DNA of 64,000 nucleotides. It comes from Amoebophrya sp. A120 (taxonomy: Eukaryota > Protista > Dinoflagellata). The stretch's first letter is position 1, and each line of letters begins with the position of its first letter. The stretch lies in assembly GCA_905178155.1 (NCBI GenBank), contig CAJINV010000004.1, positions 10,895,655-10,959,654 on the forward strand. Reading direction: 5' to 3'. This document shows, in pieces, positions 1-12,400 of this stretch. The notes below the pieces were generated by a model. It had not been told where the DNA came from. It did no database searches and worked only from the letters and a program-made list of their open reading frames with translations. Both the position numbers and the translations under genes were made by a program.

Positions 1-2
1 TT

Positions 3-434
3 CAAGACGTGTACGGTACGCCCGGGTTCTGCTTCGTCGGAAGTGTGATTGCGAAGCTAGAGGTGACGAGATTCGCCGTCGATAAGTATCAAGGAATGCC
101 TCTGACCGACGAAATGAAAAACAGGATGTGTCGCGCGCCGGCGCCAAAAAAAGACCCAAGTTGCGACGACAGCGGTTTCGTGCGTGGCGCTTTGGGAAAA
201 GACCACGGACTGGTGCAACGGTGCGCGAACTTGTTCGATTGGTACGAGATCGCGGGTCTAGGACCATGGCTGCATGGAGAAGACGGTGATGGTACAAGTT
301 CGCAGAAAGGGTCTAAACCGCACCGCCTTTTCAACCTGAATCATTTGTCAAAAGACGAAGCGGAGCGGATGGTAAGGAACATGTGGTTCACCTTAGTTGG
401 CGAGGGGATCATTGACGTGGCTGCTCACGCATAG
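3..434 (+). CDS. 3' end of a hypothetical protein (starts before the window)
   Basis: Open frame from the window start to TAG at 432-434 with protein-like composition, followed by AT-rich non-coding sequence. No recognisable domain. Confidence 0.5.
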   Translation, partial: QDVYGTPGFCFVGSVIAKLEVTRFAVDKYQGMPLTDEMKNRMCRAPAPKKDPSCDDSGFVRGALGKDHGLVQRCANLFDWYEIAGLGPWLHGEDGDGTSSQKGSKPHRLFNLNHLSKDEAERMVRNMWFTLVGEGIIDVAAHA

Positions 435-1091
435 ACGTAGTGTACGTGGCATTTTCTACTTTTCATTGAAAATGCAAGTGCTGGAACGACGTATAGTGAC
501 AGTGAGTTTGGAGCTCACCAAAGAAGAAGAACTACGGAACGAAGTGAAACAAACAAGTAAAAACGCCAGCAAAACCAAAAGCGCAATCGAATTCGACGAA
601 TCATATTGCTGATACTTCTTGCAACTGCAGGAAGTTTCGAACACGCAGAAGACCTCCAGGGTGATGTTCCGCTATAGTCAGGGAAAAAAGATTTTATATT
701 CATTTATTGTTTTGCTTTTGCCTTGCGATCTTCGATGAGGATGATGATGATCCACCAGCGACAGAACCACTTAAGTTGTTGATCTTGGTAAGGCATTTCC
801 ACACATTATGTTTCAAATCATTGTTTTTTTTATTTTTATTTTTTCATCGAAAAGAATTGTCGAAGAAAGTTTTCAAATCACGAATATATGACGTTCAAGG
901 GACAACCTTTTGCAGCCCTCACGCATAGTAGCAATTATCGAGGTTCATAGCTGCAAAAAAGCTTCCTTTGCCACCGTTTTTCGTAACATTATTTTGCAAT
1001 ACCTCAATAAAATATCGAAAGCACGCCGTGCGTTTTTCTTTTCATTTCATTCGCAGGCCTGTAGTGACGATATCGATATCAAAGATATACC

Positions 1092-3199
1092 ATGTTGTCC
1101 TCCGTGCTTCTGCGACGTTCCTGCAGCACGCAGACGCAGTCTCTTCGGAGAAGGAGTGCAAAAGCGACCTCCTGCGGCAGCCCGCTTTTCCTCTCAGTGA
1201 ACAGAAAAGCTTTCGCAGGAGCCGCGACGCCGTCACTCTCAACGACCCACGTTCCTGGAGCAAGCGTAGGAGGTGCGAGCGAGTCTTCGTCCTCGGCGAA
1301 GATAAATCAAAAGCCGCCGCAGCCTGCTCCCACGGCCGCATTGTCTACTAGCGCTTTTCATCCAGCATCGAAGTCCACTAGTACCGCTTCCTCGACCACG
1401 AGTAGTCCCTCCTCCTCGTCCAGCAGTAGCAGTAGCAGTCACAATCCAGTGCAGTCAACTACATTTTCTGCGACATCGTCAACATCAGCTGAAAATAAAG
1501 ATGAACAGCAACAGAAGATGATATCAAGTGTAAAAATGTCTGGGTCTGGAAGAATGCGCGATTTGTCATGCAGATTTTCCATGACCCATGAAATCTGGAA
1601 TGCAGGGCCTAGCATGACAGATTCTGTGCGATCTCTCTCATGCCTATCCTGCATGAGAAACTCCCGCCCGACTTGGTCAAAACTGGACGACTTTTGGTAA
1701 TCATGCAACACAGATTTTTACATGCTTCAGATTTAGCATGACAAGTTGTATTCTTCCAGACCCAGACACTTTTACATTTGATAGATGAACCACGACTACG
1801 ATTTCTGGTTTTTCGTCTCTAAGGGGTTCTATCAAAATGAAAAATCCCCCCGTGCCATATTGAAAAGCTATGCTTCCGGAAGTTTGTGTTGCTGATTTGA
1901 GGTCACAAATCATATGTGTCTTGCAAGACGACAAGGGCAGAAGCGGCCGGCCCACTATGGAAGCGGCTTGTCATGCTGTCGGGCTTAAAGGGGAGCCGTT
2001 TCCTATGCTGAACAAATAGACCAATACGCCCCTATGTAGCCTGGGGATCTGGCCGCAATGCCTTCCTGCAATACACGGCTTATTTGTGTACACAGATCCA
2101 GCATCAGAAATTTCGTTTTGATATGGGGAGGGGGGATTTTTCCTTGCAATAGGTTCGGCTGCGTTTTCACGGGCATCCTATTCTATTACCTCTACCAGGC
2201 AAACTGGTCAATTAAGCAGGCCGAAATTCGGTTTATCACGTGGTTCCGGACTTTACCACTGTATCCGCCACCGACCGCAAAGACGGCGATCCGGAACAGC
2301 GTCATTGACGAGGAAATCGGGAAAGAATTCAAAACGGAAAAGACGTTTTTCCTCCTGCAAAACTGGTTTCTGAAGAAGGACGCAGAATTGGCAAGAGGTA
2401 TTTATAATTGTCTTATATTGAATTATTGAATTTGTGAATATGCGAAGTCCAATATTCGGGTTCGTCTTTGTTTCCACCAGCGCATGATTGGCATGATTCA
2501 CTATTGTCATATGGAGTTCCTATGCGTTTTTGTGGAATCTGCTTTTTGTTTTTCCTTGAGTTCCAGCATTCAATCATTTAAAATAAAATCAAAATATCAA
2601 AAACAAAAAAAGGCGTGACCCGCGACGACGTGCTAATTTTCGTGGAGGATCAAGCCAAACTTTGCCGCGAGGGCGACAGCATTTGCCGGAAGTTTCTGCG
2701 GCAGAACGGCGACGGGGAGAAATCCGACGAGAAGTGCCGGCTGATTGGTGTCGGTTTAGAGGAGTTTCTGCACTTCATCAGCCGTATTTTGAGTGTCAAC
2801 GAAAAATCCGCGAACCTCGACCGGAAAGTTGCGGAGGAGGCAGTTGCCGCGGTGTTAATCGCAGCGGATCCGAGCCTTGGCAGGATGGGCAACTTCGCCA
2901 GAAGCAGAGCCGGACCGGGTGGGAACAGCACTGCAGGTTCGTTTTCTTCGACGGCGTTTATGACAGGTAGCGGAGCAGGAAGTTTGTCACCATCGGCTGC
3001 TGGTAAGCCCGAACCGGAACCGGAGCTGCACGAGATTCTGATGTACGAGAAAGCGAGACTGGAGGAAATTTTGGACGGGCTGCAGAGCTCCTCGCAACTG
3101 TCGTCCGCACAGCGAAGAACGCGGGCGAATGCCGCGGCAGAATTGGAAAAAGTAGAAAAAGATTTGGCGAAACTTCTTGCTGAGGGAAAGACGACATGA
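1092..3199 (+). CDS. Hypothetical membrane protein, possibly mitochondrion-targeted (~432 aa); exons 1092-1521, 1789-1829, 2157-2397, 2613-3199
   Basis: Removing two TIR elements (each with one 5-bp repeat copy) and one GT-AG intron (2398-2612) gives one open frame: ...QQKM-NHDYDFWFFVSKGF-GCVFTGILFYYLYQANW...ELARG-VTRDDV.... The N-terminus MLSSVLLRRSCSTQTQSLRRRS is Arg/Ser-rich like a mitochondrial presequence, and there is one hydrophobic segment. Confidence 0.75.
1522..1783. mobile_element. TIR introner/MITE, family A copy 1 (262 bp)
   Basis: Left end TATCAAGTGTAAAAATGTCTGGGTCTGGAAGAAT, right end ATTCTTCCAGACCCAGACACTTTTACATTTGATA. Direct repeat GATGA at 1517-1521 and 1784-1788. Confidence 0.93.
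1830..2151. mobile_element. TIR introner/MITE, family B copy 1 (322 bp)
   Basis: TATCAAAATGAAAAATCCCCCC...GGGGGGATTTTTCCTTGCAATA. Direct repeat GGTTC at 1825-1829 and 2152-2156. Homologous to 45327-45647. Confidence 0.92.
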
Positions 3200-3599
3200 T
3201 TGACAGCTACTTACAGAAGTACCACGAGGACGCGTCTTTAGTTTTTTCTGTGACTTCAACTCACTTCTGCAGCCTCGACGTAGACATCACAAAAAAAATG
3301 TTTTTCGTGACTCCATGCGTTTTTCTTTTTTCGTGTTCGGACAAGCGTTGTTGAGGCGTGACTCAACGCACTGGCTATGCGACGAAAAGTCCGAGTGCCA
3401 GGAGCAGGACAGAGATGATGATGAGTGCATGACTACCGCCTGCTTCCGAGTGTTGCGTGTGGGATTCGAGAGCGGGCGAGGAGTGGTTGATGCAGGTAGT
3501 AGTACGCGTGAACTGAAAAAGGCCATATAATCAGGACGATGCGTCCTCTACTGGTATTGCGATTGCGGTTCTTGCGGACCAAGTTCGCAATAAAAGCGC

Positions 3600-4215
3600 T
3601 GTCGCTGCTACACAGCCTGCGGCCGTTGCTTCGGCTGCAGAGCCCGGAAGGTTCGCAAAGTCGCATCCCAGGGCAGGAGCGGGCGTCTCTATCGACAAGA
3701 TACCACATGGCGCGACGAGGCTCCAGCGGTCGCGCGACAGCCTAGCAGCCGAAGTGGGGAACGGGAAGAGGTCTGCCGAAATAAGTCGGGGCCGGCGGAA
3801 AAGAAGACGCTGCACAAAAATTGCGACACGCAGATGGGAGCCCGGGCCGCGGGCGGTTTGGGACCGAAGGGCGGAAAGATCGGACCCGAGGCCCGCCGGT
3901 GTGTGCGAGCAGGCGCCCGGAGGGGCAACATTTTGGAAGCCGTGCCGGCGCCCGGTACTTTTCGGCCTTGCCACTTCTTCTGGCCGATGCAAGCCAGGCG
4001 CCGCGCGGTTTGATTGTGTGCGTGGCGCGCCATAGTCCCAGCAAGGCTTGGCCAGCTTCGGCCACATCGTTCTACCGGGCCCGGATTTCCGCCGCCCAGG
4101 CGCGAACGGGCAATCTGCGTGGTTTCGTCCATGATGCCCGCTCCCAATGATAGGGAGCCGAGTAGCCACCCGCGCGCCAGGCATTCAGGGTCGTAGCTGC
4201 CCGGGGCGTGCAACG
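3600..4215. other. GC-rich intergenic island 1
   Basis: Abrupt GC/CpG-rich block between AT-richer flanks. Only low-complexity Arg/Pro/Gly/Ala ORFs in all frames. Boundaries approximate. Confidence 0.5.
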
Positions 4216-5081
4216 GTAAATGTGTATGTGCCGCCCGCCAATTCGGTTTTATTTTTGGATCCATCAATCTTGCTGTTGCGGCTCCGGTTGAGCATTGGAA
4301 AGACAGAGCATTGCCACTTGAAGGACTGATCGTGTTCCAAAAACTCGTGACATACTGCCTTCTTGAGTCTTAGGAAAGCGCTGAATTTGGTTCAGGGCCA
4401 CATTATATTATCGTCACTTAGTAGCAAAGAGAAAGACCGAGGGAACACTCTACCTCGCGGGTGGCATCGCGAAACCGCACGTACACATGTGCCAAATACG
4501 TTGATGACGAGAACAAGCAGAGTGAAATTGGTGACTCAGATTTCAGGCGGAGCGAACGAAGAGCGCAGGCTTTAGCAAGTTGTTTTCGTGGCATGGTCGT
4601 TTGTATCTTTTTTTTTATCATTTTCATTTGTATGTTTGAAAGAATTAGGTGTTTAGCCCGATTATTTTTGATTGTAGGCCGATTACTTTATCAGCAACAG
4701 TTTTTGATCACGAGCGGCGCCAGTCATTGCAATCCGGGCCAACACTTGGCCTTGTGAGTGTGTCTGGCTGCGTGCCCCTATATTTCTACAACGGGCGACG
4801 CTCGGGACACAGTCGACCTTCGATATTTCTCAACATATCAATCGAAGGAAAGAGAGGTCGTGATCGCGATGAAAAGTTGAGAGCATCACTTTTGATACGG
4901 TACTTAATCCGGATGCGGAGATCCGAATCGGTATCCAAGAAAAGAAAGATGCGAAAAAAAAACCACATGCAATATATTTATAGACTTTGTTGGTGCTTCC
5001 AACATTATTTTGTCGCGTCAATCAGTGTTTTTTTTTGTACTAACATAGATACAGAAGTAGCAAGTACATCCAGCATTCAAA

Positions 5082-5839
5082 ATGCCGAATTCGAAGGACA
5101 CTGCTACACTGAAGCGACCACGGGACCACGACGATTTTCACAGTGTTAAATCCTCGCCTAGCTTCGTGGATGGTAAGGACTTACTTTGGCGAGTTCGTCA
5201 TTGTGTGTATGTATTTTTCTTGATGATAATGAAGTTCACAAGCAATCTATTGGGTTGCGAGATGAGGACAGAAAAATTTTGTGCGAGGCGGAAGAGGTGG
5301 AACATCATAATGTAGTAATAAGTCAAATTATAATTCACAGCACCGGACAAGCGAACACTTTTTACGAAAGAGAACGCTGCTGCGACCAAGAAAGCCAGAG
5401 CGAAGTCCCAGGTGCAGGCTCTGCTCGCGACAGGGAGAGGTATAGCACTACACTCTCACTGGTGGGGGAATGATCATAATGCCGGTGATCCGTCTCCTGG
5501 AGTTGACCTTTGCATGAAAACGGAGACCAGACTTTTGATATTCTGAAAAGAGAAATGCTAAAGGAAAGCGACCACACTTTTACATTCTTCGAAAAAACAG
5601 GGGTCAAAGACGTTGTGGAGATCCCGTCGGCGCCAAATGCAGGGTCAGCTGCGTCGAGTGTCGAGCCCGTCCAGACCCGGCCACTCAAGAAGCCCAGCCC
5701 AGAGCGAAAACCGCCGAGCGTGAAGGAGGCGCATGTGATCTCAAAGTCGCCTGAGGCTAAACGTAGAAAGCGAGATTCCGGCCCCGGTTCGGGGAAGAAG
5801 GGTGGACAGGAGGGCTCGTCGCTCGCGCACCAGGACTGA
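5082..5839 (+). CDS. Small Lys-rich hypothetical protein, paralogue 1 (~142 aa); exons 5082-5172, 5341-5439, 5601-5839
   Basis: Two phase-1 GT-AG introns join MPNSKDTATLKRPRDHDDFHSV...-APDKRTLFTKENAAATKKARAKSQVQALLATGR-GVKDVVEIP...SPEAKRRKR. Structure and motifs parallel the gene at 6577-7096. Confidence 0.65.
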
Positions 5840-6576
5840 GGCTGCAGGAAGTTTTACGCTTTTGCCGCAATGAAGATCTTTACAGAGGGTTGCTTTTGCT
5901 CCACTTTTTGCGAGATTTTGGAAATGAACTTGAAGAACGATACCAGCTGTAAATCAGTGCTCTGCAATGTATCATGGCAAGTATTGAGCTCCTTGCAACC
6001 TTTCTGTAATATGGTATATTTTTGTTTTCGGAACTGCTACGAGACTTCCTCTTGCTTCTGAACAATGATCAAGTTTCAAAAACACGGAGAGTGACAAAAA
6101 ATTCTTTCGGAGCTGCTACTATCTAACCGAAGGCACCACTGCTTATTGAGGGCAGAAGACAAACAGATTCGCACTGCAGCAGCGGATGCAAGAGACAGTT
6201 GCTCTTTGTATCGAGGATTCCGACATGGCGGTCGTCCTGGCTGCTTCAGGAATTTGTTCACACGGCTTCATCATGTCCTGATACAGGCAGTGCCTATGTA
6301 GTTTCTTCGTCGTTCGCAGAAGTACTATGTATCAGTCATCGTCGAAATGAATTCGTCTTCGATTTTCGTTGCTCTGCCGAATCGTCGTCGCACATCAACA
6401 TAGTAGAGTAAAAAGATCATGGTCAGGAGGTGAGAAATCAGTATGACGTTGACCGTAGAAGATCCGGTTTTTTGCTGCTCTTACTGACGCAGAAGCAGAA
6501 CCGCAGCGCCTTTTGAATAGGACAACTTTCGCTTTGTTCAGTATTTCTGTCTGAGTTTGACCAGCGTCTTTCCACT

Positions 6577-7096
6577 ATGTCCAAAAAGCGATCAAGGGAA
6601 GAGATCGAGAAAGAGGAACAGGAGGAGGTGTTCTACTCCTGTGAGGAACCGGCTACGGAGGATGAGGAAGTAGTGAAGAAAGGTACAGGCAGACACTTTG
6701 GATTCCATAAAAAGCTAGCCATGCATGCAAAAATATGAGAACGCATGATCACGAAATGTATTTCTTATTTATATCGAGATTGCGAAAGTAGAAACCATCT
6801 CCAATGTGTTTACAGCGACCGTCGTCGAGCAGCCGGAAGTAGCTGCGAAAAAAAAAGCTGCGAAGCAAAAAGTGGAGGCGCTATTGGCCAAGGCGAAAAC
6901 GAGCCAGGGTATCAGCTTCCGTATTCCTTTTTTGCGATGATGCATGAGGTTGCCCAGAGCTCCAGCTAGCGTGAGCACATCGTGAAATGTCGGCCCCGAT
7001 TCAGCAGGTGATAAAAGCACGAAATCCCAATCAGGTGACGGCAGCAACAAAGCGTCTAAGGATGGCAGTCCGCCCGCGAAGCGTCAAAAGAAGTGA
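6577..7096 (+). CDS. Small Lys-rich hypothetical protein, paralogue 2 (~95 aa); exons 6577-6682, 6816-6908, 7008-7096
   Basis: Two phase-1 GT-AG introns give MSKKRSREEIEKEEQEEVFYSCEE...-ATVVEQPEVAAKKKAAKQKVEALLAKAKTSQ-GDKS...SPPAKRQKK*. The C-terminus is NLS-like. Confidence 0.65.
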
Positions 7097-7889
7097 AGAA
7101 AGTCGTGTTGAAATTCGTGGAGGCGACAAGCAGCAGACAACGAAGAAGTTCGAGTAGTGTACAATAAACCGAAGTACTAGGCAGAGTCAAAGTGCAGACG
7201 GCTTTCAGCAAAAACCCAAGAATCAAAAACTTATGTATCAAACCTGTTGTTTTGTTCAAACAATGAGATGACTGAAAGTGAAAAAGAATCTGCTATATAA
7301 TCTGTCCCGGTTCTTTTACTTCAATGAACGATGACTATGTATCAGATGTCAGTGACAGCGTAGATCATGTGGCGTTTTTTTACGTACTTTTCTGAGAGAC
7401 CGAGCATATTCATTTGAAGCAACGTTCTTGACGACAGCCCCTGTAGGATGAAAATCAGCTTCCATGCACAAGTCGGGCGGAGTTTCGAACGAGGCGAATT
7501 GGCCTTGTCGGGTCCTCGTGTTGTTCCTGCCTGGTCTTGCAGCATTCAACGTGGGCGTGTTTTTTGTTGAGTGAGAGCCGTAATGTAAGAACGCGTAGTC
7601 CCTTTCTATTTCTTTCTTTGGTCACACCGGAACCGAGCTGAAGTTGGTCGAGCGTCACACGGAGAAGAAAGCAAAGTTGCTGTGATGTGCGCCCTTCTTC
7701 ACAACGATATCGTTCAGATAGCCATGACCTAAGCAAAGAGACGAGAGAGATATAATATTTTTGACTTTGAACCACCTCTCTAAGACGATCATGGCGCCCC
7801 TGTGCCTGTGGTTGTGCGCTAAGCCCACTGCTTATGTCTGAATGTGTCGCAACCACTGAGATTCCGTAGCAGAAGCAGAAGCTTGTTCA

Positions 7890-8800
7890 AAATGGCGCGC
7901 GCGTCGTCGGCCTTTTCTGCTCGTGATAGATGTGGGAGCCGCTGCGCATGGTGTGGCGCGAGGTCATAGACTTCGGCTCTGGCCGGGTCACCCCATGCGA
8001 CGATAAGGGGCCGGAGCCAGTTGCGCGAAGTTCTCCCGGGGCCGGACGGCCGGGGCCGACGAAGACATGCAGGAGAGTTTGGGCGGGCCCGCTGGTTCGG
8101 CTGCGCAACTACAGGCGAAAAAGCGGCACGCAGGGTCAGGCGGAGCTGGTGGCAATCAGGGCGAGGAGCTTCGGGCGGAGGGTCCGAGCGGGCCCGGGTT
8201 TGGATTACAGCCGACCCCGACCGCGTCTACAAAGCCGGATGCTTCGTGAACGACGACGCCACGCGGACGCTCGACACCATGCTGCCGCCGAGGGACCTCG
8301 AGTGTTGCTTTGCAGCGAGGCAGGCGCCCGCCGGAACCTCAATGACTTGCCCCCCCCTGATCGCGGCCCGGTGGGGCGTGGTGTGGCGAAGTCGGGCGCC
8401 GCCGGCGTCGAGGCGGCCGCGGGCGGTGGGGGAGATCGCGCCGCGCCCTTGCCGCCCCTGTATTGGGTTGCGCGTTGTGGCGCCCCCGCCCCTTCGTTTT
8501 GCCGGAAGGCATCTGGCGGCATGAGTGCCTGCGCGCCGCCCTGGTGGGGCCCTGCGATGTCCCGCCACTGCAGGCGCAGCGGGCGCATAGCGTGCGGGCA
8601 ACTAGATGCCGCCCCCTGTGAAACGTTGGCAGACGCAGGCCTGCCGGCGCGGCTCACAAACCCATCAGTGGCGCGCCGCGCTGGCCGACTGCTCGTTGCT
8701 GCGTGCCGTGCATTCGGACTCATGTGCATTGCCGACGTTGGGGACCCGTCTGGCCCAAACACAACTCCTGTGTAAGTGTGCCCTGCCCTGGTGAACAGGC
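7890..8800. other. GC-rich intergenic island 2
   Basis: Very GC/CpG-rich block upstream of the giant gene, followed by T-rich sequence. Boundaries approximate. Confidence 0.55.
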
Positions 8801-9417
8801 CGGATAGCTGACTTTGCTCCTCGCTCATCTTTGTTCTGTTCCCAGTCTAGTACTACAGAAGGATGAAGTCTTTAAATAAAGTGTTACCTTTTCTTTAGAA
8901 GCAGCCACATGGTTATCTTGGTATACTGCAGTCCAAGTCGTCTGTAGTGTTTTTTTTTCTTTTTTCTCGCGTACAGCGCTATGCGCAGGATATTTGCAGT
9001 GAGACCGTCATGAGCGGAGCAGGTGCACAAAACAGAGTGGTCGTCGTTATTCTGTAAACCTTTTTTCTTTTTCGTTTTTCGAATTTGGCTCGGGGCGTAT
9101 GAGTGCAAACCCAAAATTGCCTTTAGTATCTATATCTTCGAAATTCGCAGGAGTCGCATATCGCTGAGTGAAAAAAAGGCCAACACTCCATTTTCATTTT
9201 ATACATAAGTACGTTTGTTCAGTGTTACCTGTTACCCCTTGTTTGTTCCTGTGTAGTTGCTTGTATCATCACCGCTTCGACAAGGCAGACACAAATTTCA
9301 ATTCGGTTTCCAAACCAAATCATAGTTCCAAACCAAATTGATAACGTGTGAGGACTCTTTGTTGCAACCCAACCGCACAAAACAAGTATTTGTTTTGGTA
9401 CATTGGTTCTTGCCAAT

Positions 9418-12400
9418 ATGTCCTCCGTCTCCACCGAGGCCTTTTCGGGGCTCACCAGAATTTCCCCGGTGAAGCTGGGCGTTGCAGATGTGTCCACAAC
9501 TTTCTTCGCCAACTCCGTCAAGCAGCCAGGCGACCAATTTGTGGAGCTGAATCGCGTCCAGTCCGCGGTGTACAGTGAGATTGCATCCTCGAATGGGGCG
9601 GAAGCTGCCCAACAAGATGCAGCGCTACTTCCAAACCTCGTGCTCGAAGCTCCGCCTTCCAGCGGCAAGCACTTGGCCTTCGAAGTGGTCATGGAGCAGC
9701 CAGGCGAAAGACGTGCTGGAACTTCTGCGGCGGCAGCTTCGGCTTTATCAAGTACGAGCACGAATAAGCTGCGCAGCCTCCTCGGAAACAAGGCGTCGTC
9801 TTCCGCCGGTGGATCCTCGTCGTCTTCGAGCACAAATCAAGGAGCTCCTGGGTCCTCTGCAGCAACCTCCAAGCGCACTCTCTATGTGGCGCCCTCGGAA
9901 GCGCACCTCGCCACCTACTTCAACAGTAGACTGAAAAAACTCCGCCCCGACGCGGAGTGGGTGCGGTGGCACAGCACCGTGCGGAAATACAACTTCGGAG
10001 ACAAGATCGCGAGCACTCTGCAGACCACCTCGAAGGCGATGCTGCAGTACGACCCGGACACACAGGAAGTTTACGAGAAGGCGACTGAGGACAAAGTCGA
10101 CGGTGCTGCGGAACAAGATTTGTCCTTGACTGCTGGACTGCACAAGAACCAGCATGGTCTATACCCGACCTCCGACCGCGCGAAGCTTTCGGCCGCTTCC
10201 CTTCTGGTCGGTCTGCCGGAAGACTTGTGGTACGCGGCCTGCAGCGACCCTACGATCTTCACAAACCTAGATTTGATCTGCCTGGACCACAGCCATCTCT
10301 GGCTAGATGCGGCAGTGTCGAATGATAACCACATTGACGGGTTGCTGTCGCTACTGAAAAATTTGGGGAAGAACAACAACAATTTTCCGCCGCAAATCCT
10401 GCTCTTGGCGTCTCCGATTGCGAACGTAGAGATGCTCGGACAGTGGATTTCCGCCTCTTCGACCAGAAAAACGAAAATCCTGAAGTTCGACGAGCGATTT
10501 GCTGTCAAGCCGTGGAATCCGTCTGCCACGGGCATCGTGATCCCCGTTGCAGATGACGATCGGCAGCAACTGATGCTGAAACGGTACTTGGCCACCGTGA
10601 CGAACTCGAACAATAAGAACCTGCTCGTTTTCAGCGGTTACTCGAGGCGGGCGGTCGACGCGACGGCGCACTTTTTGAAATCCGAGGGACTGGTAGAAGT
10701 CATGAGCAGTCGAGGGCCATTAGTTGGAGCTGGAGGCGATGACCAGTGGTCTTCGTTCGATAGCCAGCTTCAAGACGATGTCTTCATGACCGACGCGAAT
10801 CAACATTCTCATTCTGCCCAGAGACCACTGACGACGGCACAACTGCACGAAAACAACACGTGGGCGACTGGTGGGGTGCAAAACCGCTCGACGCTGCTGA
10901 AAGAATCTGTAAAAAACGATACAATTTTCATCGCGAAGGTTGCGAGTGTCCAAGACGGAAACTTGAAAGCTTTGCTGCAGTCCGGCATTGGGGTGCTGCA
11001 CAGAGAGTACGCTGCAGCAGATCGGGAAGTCGTCTGGACGCTGTTTTGCCAAGGGATGATCCGTGTCTGCGTCGCGGAGCCGTACTACGCGAGTTTCGGA
11101 GCTGCGCCGGAGCACCAGCGGCAGGAAGGTCCAAACCCTGCTGGATCTAGTACTTCTGCAAGACAACTTGTAGACGACGCTGGAGATGTTGTCATGGGAG
11201 CACCTCCGGACCATGGAGTCGATAGTATCCCCGCCAAACACCTCCCAAACAACGAAACCTACCGTCGTCTGCAGGCTGACACCGTGGTGATCGCCGGGAT
11301 CTGCAAGTACGGCACGCTGGACATCCGCGACGGCACGGCGCTCCCGCCGAACAACCATTTCACGCCGATCGAGTTCCTCGAAATGCAGGACTGCGCGGTT
11401 GGCCGCCACGGGCCACCGGTGTTGCGGGTTCTGTGCCGCCCGATCGAGCAAATGTTTGTCACAGAGGTCTTGACGGGGAATTTTAGTGTTGATTCTGCGC
11501 TTTGTCGCGACTGCACCGGAATGGCGGCTAGTACGGGCAACGATCAGCAGATGAGCTCGTCGTTCAAAGGCATCGCGGCGAAAGGCGCTGGGAAAGGTGG
11601 CAAGCCGCAGGCGTCGCCGCGGGTGACCAACGCGCTGGCGAACGGCCATGGGACCACACAACCGCAAACACTTGCGGCACTGATAGACGGAGGGGCGTTC
11701 GACTTTCTCTGGCCCTACGTTCTGCACCAAGACCAGCTTTTAGTACGCGCAAGTGCGAGCCATCGAACCAAAACCACGAACTCGGTATTAACCACGACCA
11801 GCACCCAGCAACATCTCATTTCCGTGCTGCAGAACTCCTGGTTCGGGTTACGACTGAAACAGGACCCCCTGCGCTTCGCCAGGCTGTTTTCCAAGGAGAA
11901 AACCAACAACCCACTGCTGAACGCCGTGCCGGATGTCGACGCGGCACTTTCCCTGATCGTCGCACGGCTTCTGACCAAGTGGCAAAAGGACAAGATGATC
12001 CGGCTGCAGGAGCCAGACAAGAAAGGCGATGGCGACGATGACGAGATGGGTATTCTGGACTTGGCGGCGATCCAGAAAACGATCACCGTGCAGCACCATA
12101 AGCCCAAGATGGGCAAGAAGAACGCAGGAGATAACACGAACAACTGTACGTCCAACCTGACCACCACGTATGTTGTCGGCAACTATCATTTGAAACGCCA
12201 CTCCGCGAGGTACCCGGATATCAGTCCTGGCTCGGTGCAGAAGTGCCTGGATATGGTTACGAAGAAGACCGCGAACCAGCCGGAACTGCTCCTGCGAAGT
12301 CTGTGCGCGCTCCCGGAGCTGCACTGCTGCCTGGCAACGCGGGAGAACACGGAAAGGGACGGCGCAACCGCGATAAAATGTCTGGAGTACGATGCGAACC

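Noticed and set aside
1439-1955. Recurrent peptide PDPDIFT / VKMSGSG in ORFs at 1.5, 40, 45.7 and 52 kb suggesting a repeated protein domain
   Set aside because: It is the translation of the family A TIR, not protein.
7862-7897. TCCGTAGC...CAAAATGGC, partial resemblance to the dinoflagellate spliced leader
   Set aside because: Only short fragments, in inconsistent orientations; not a credible relic spliced leader.
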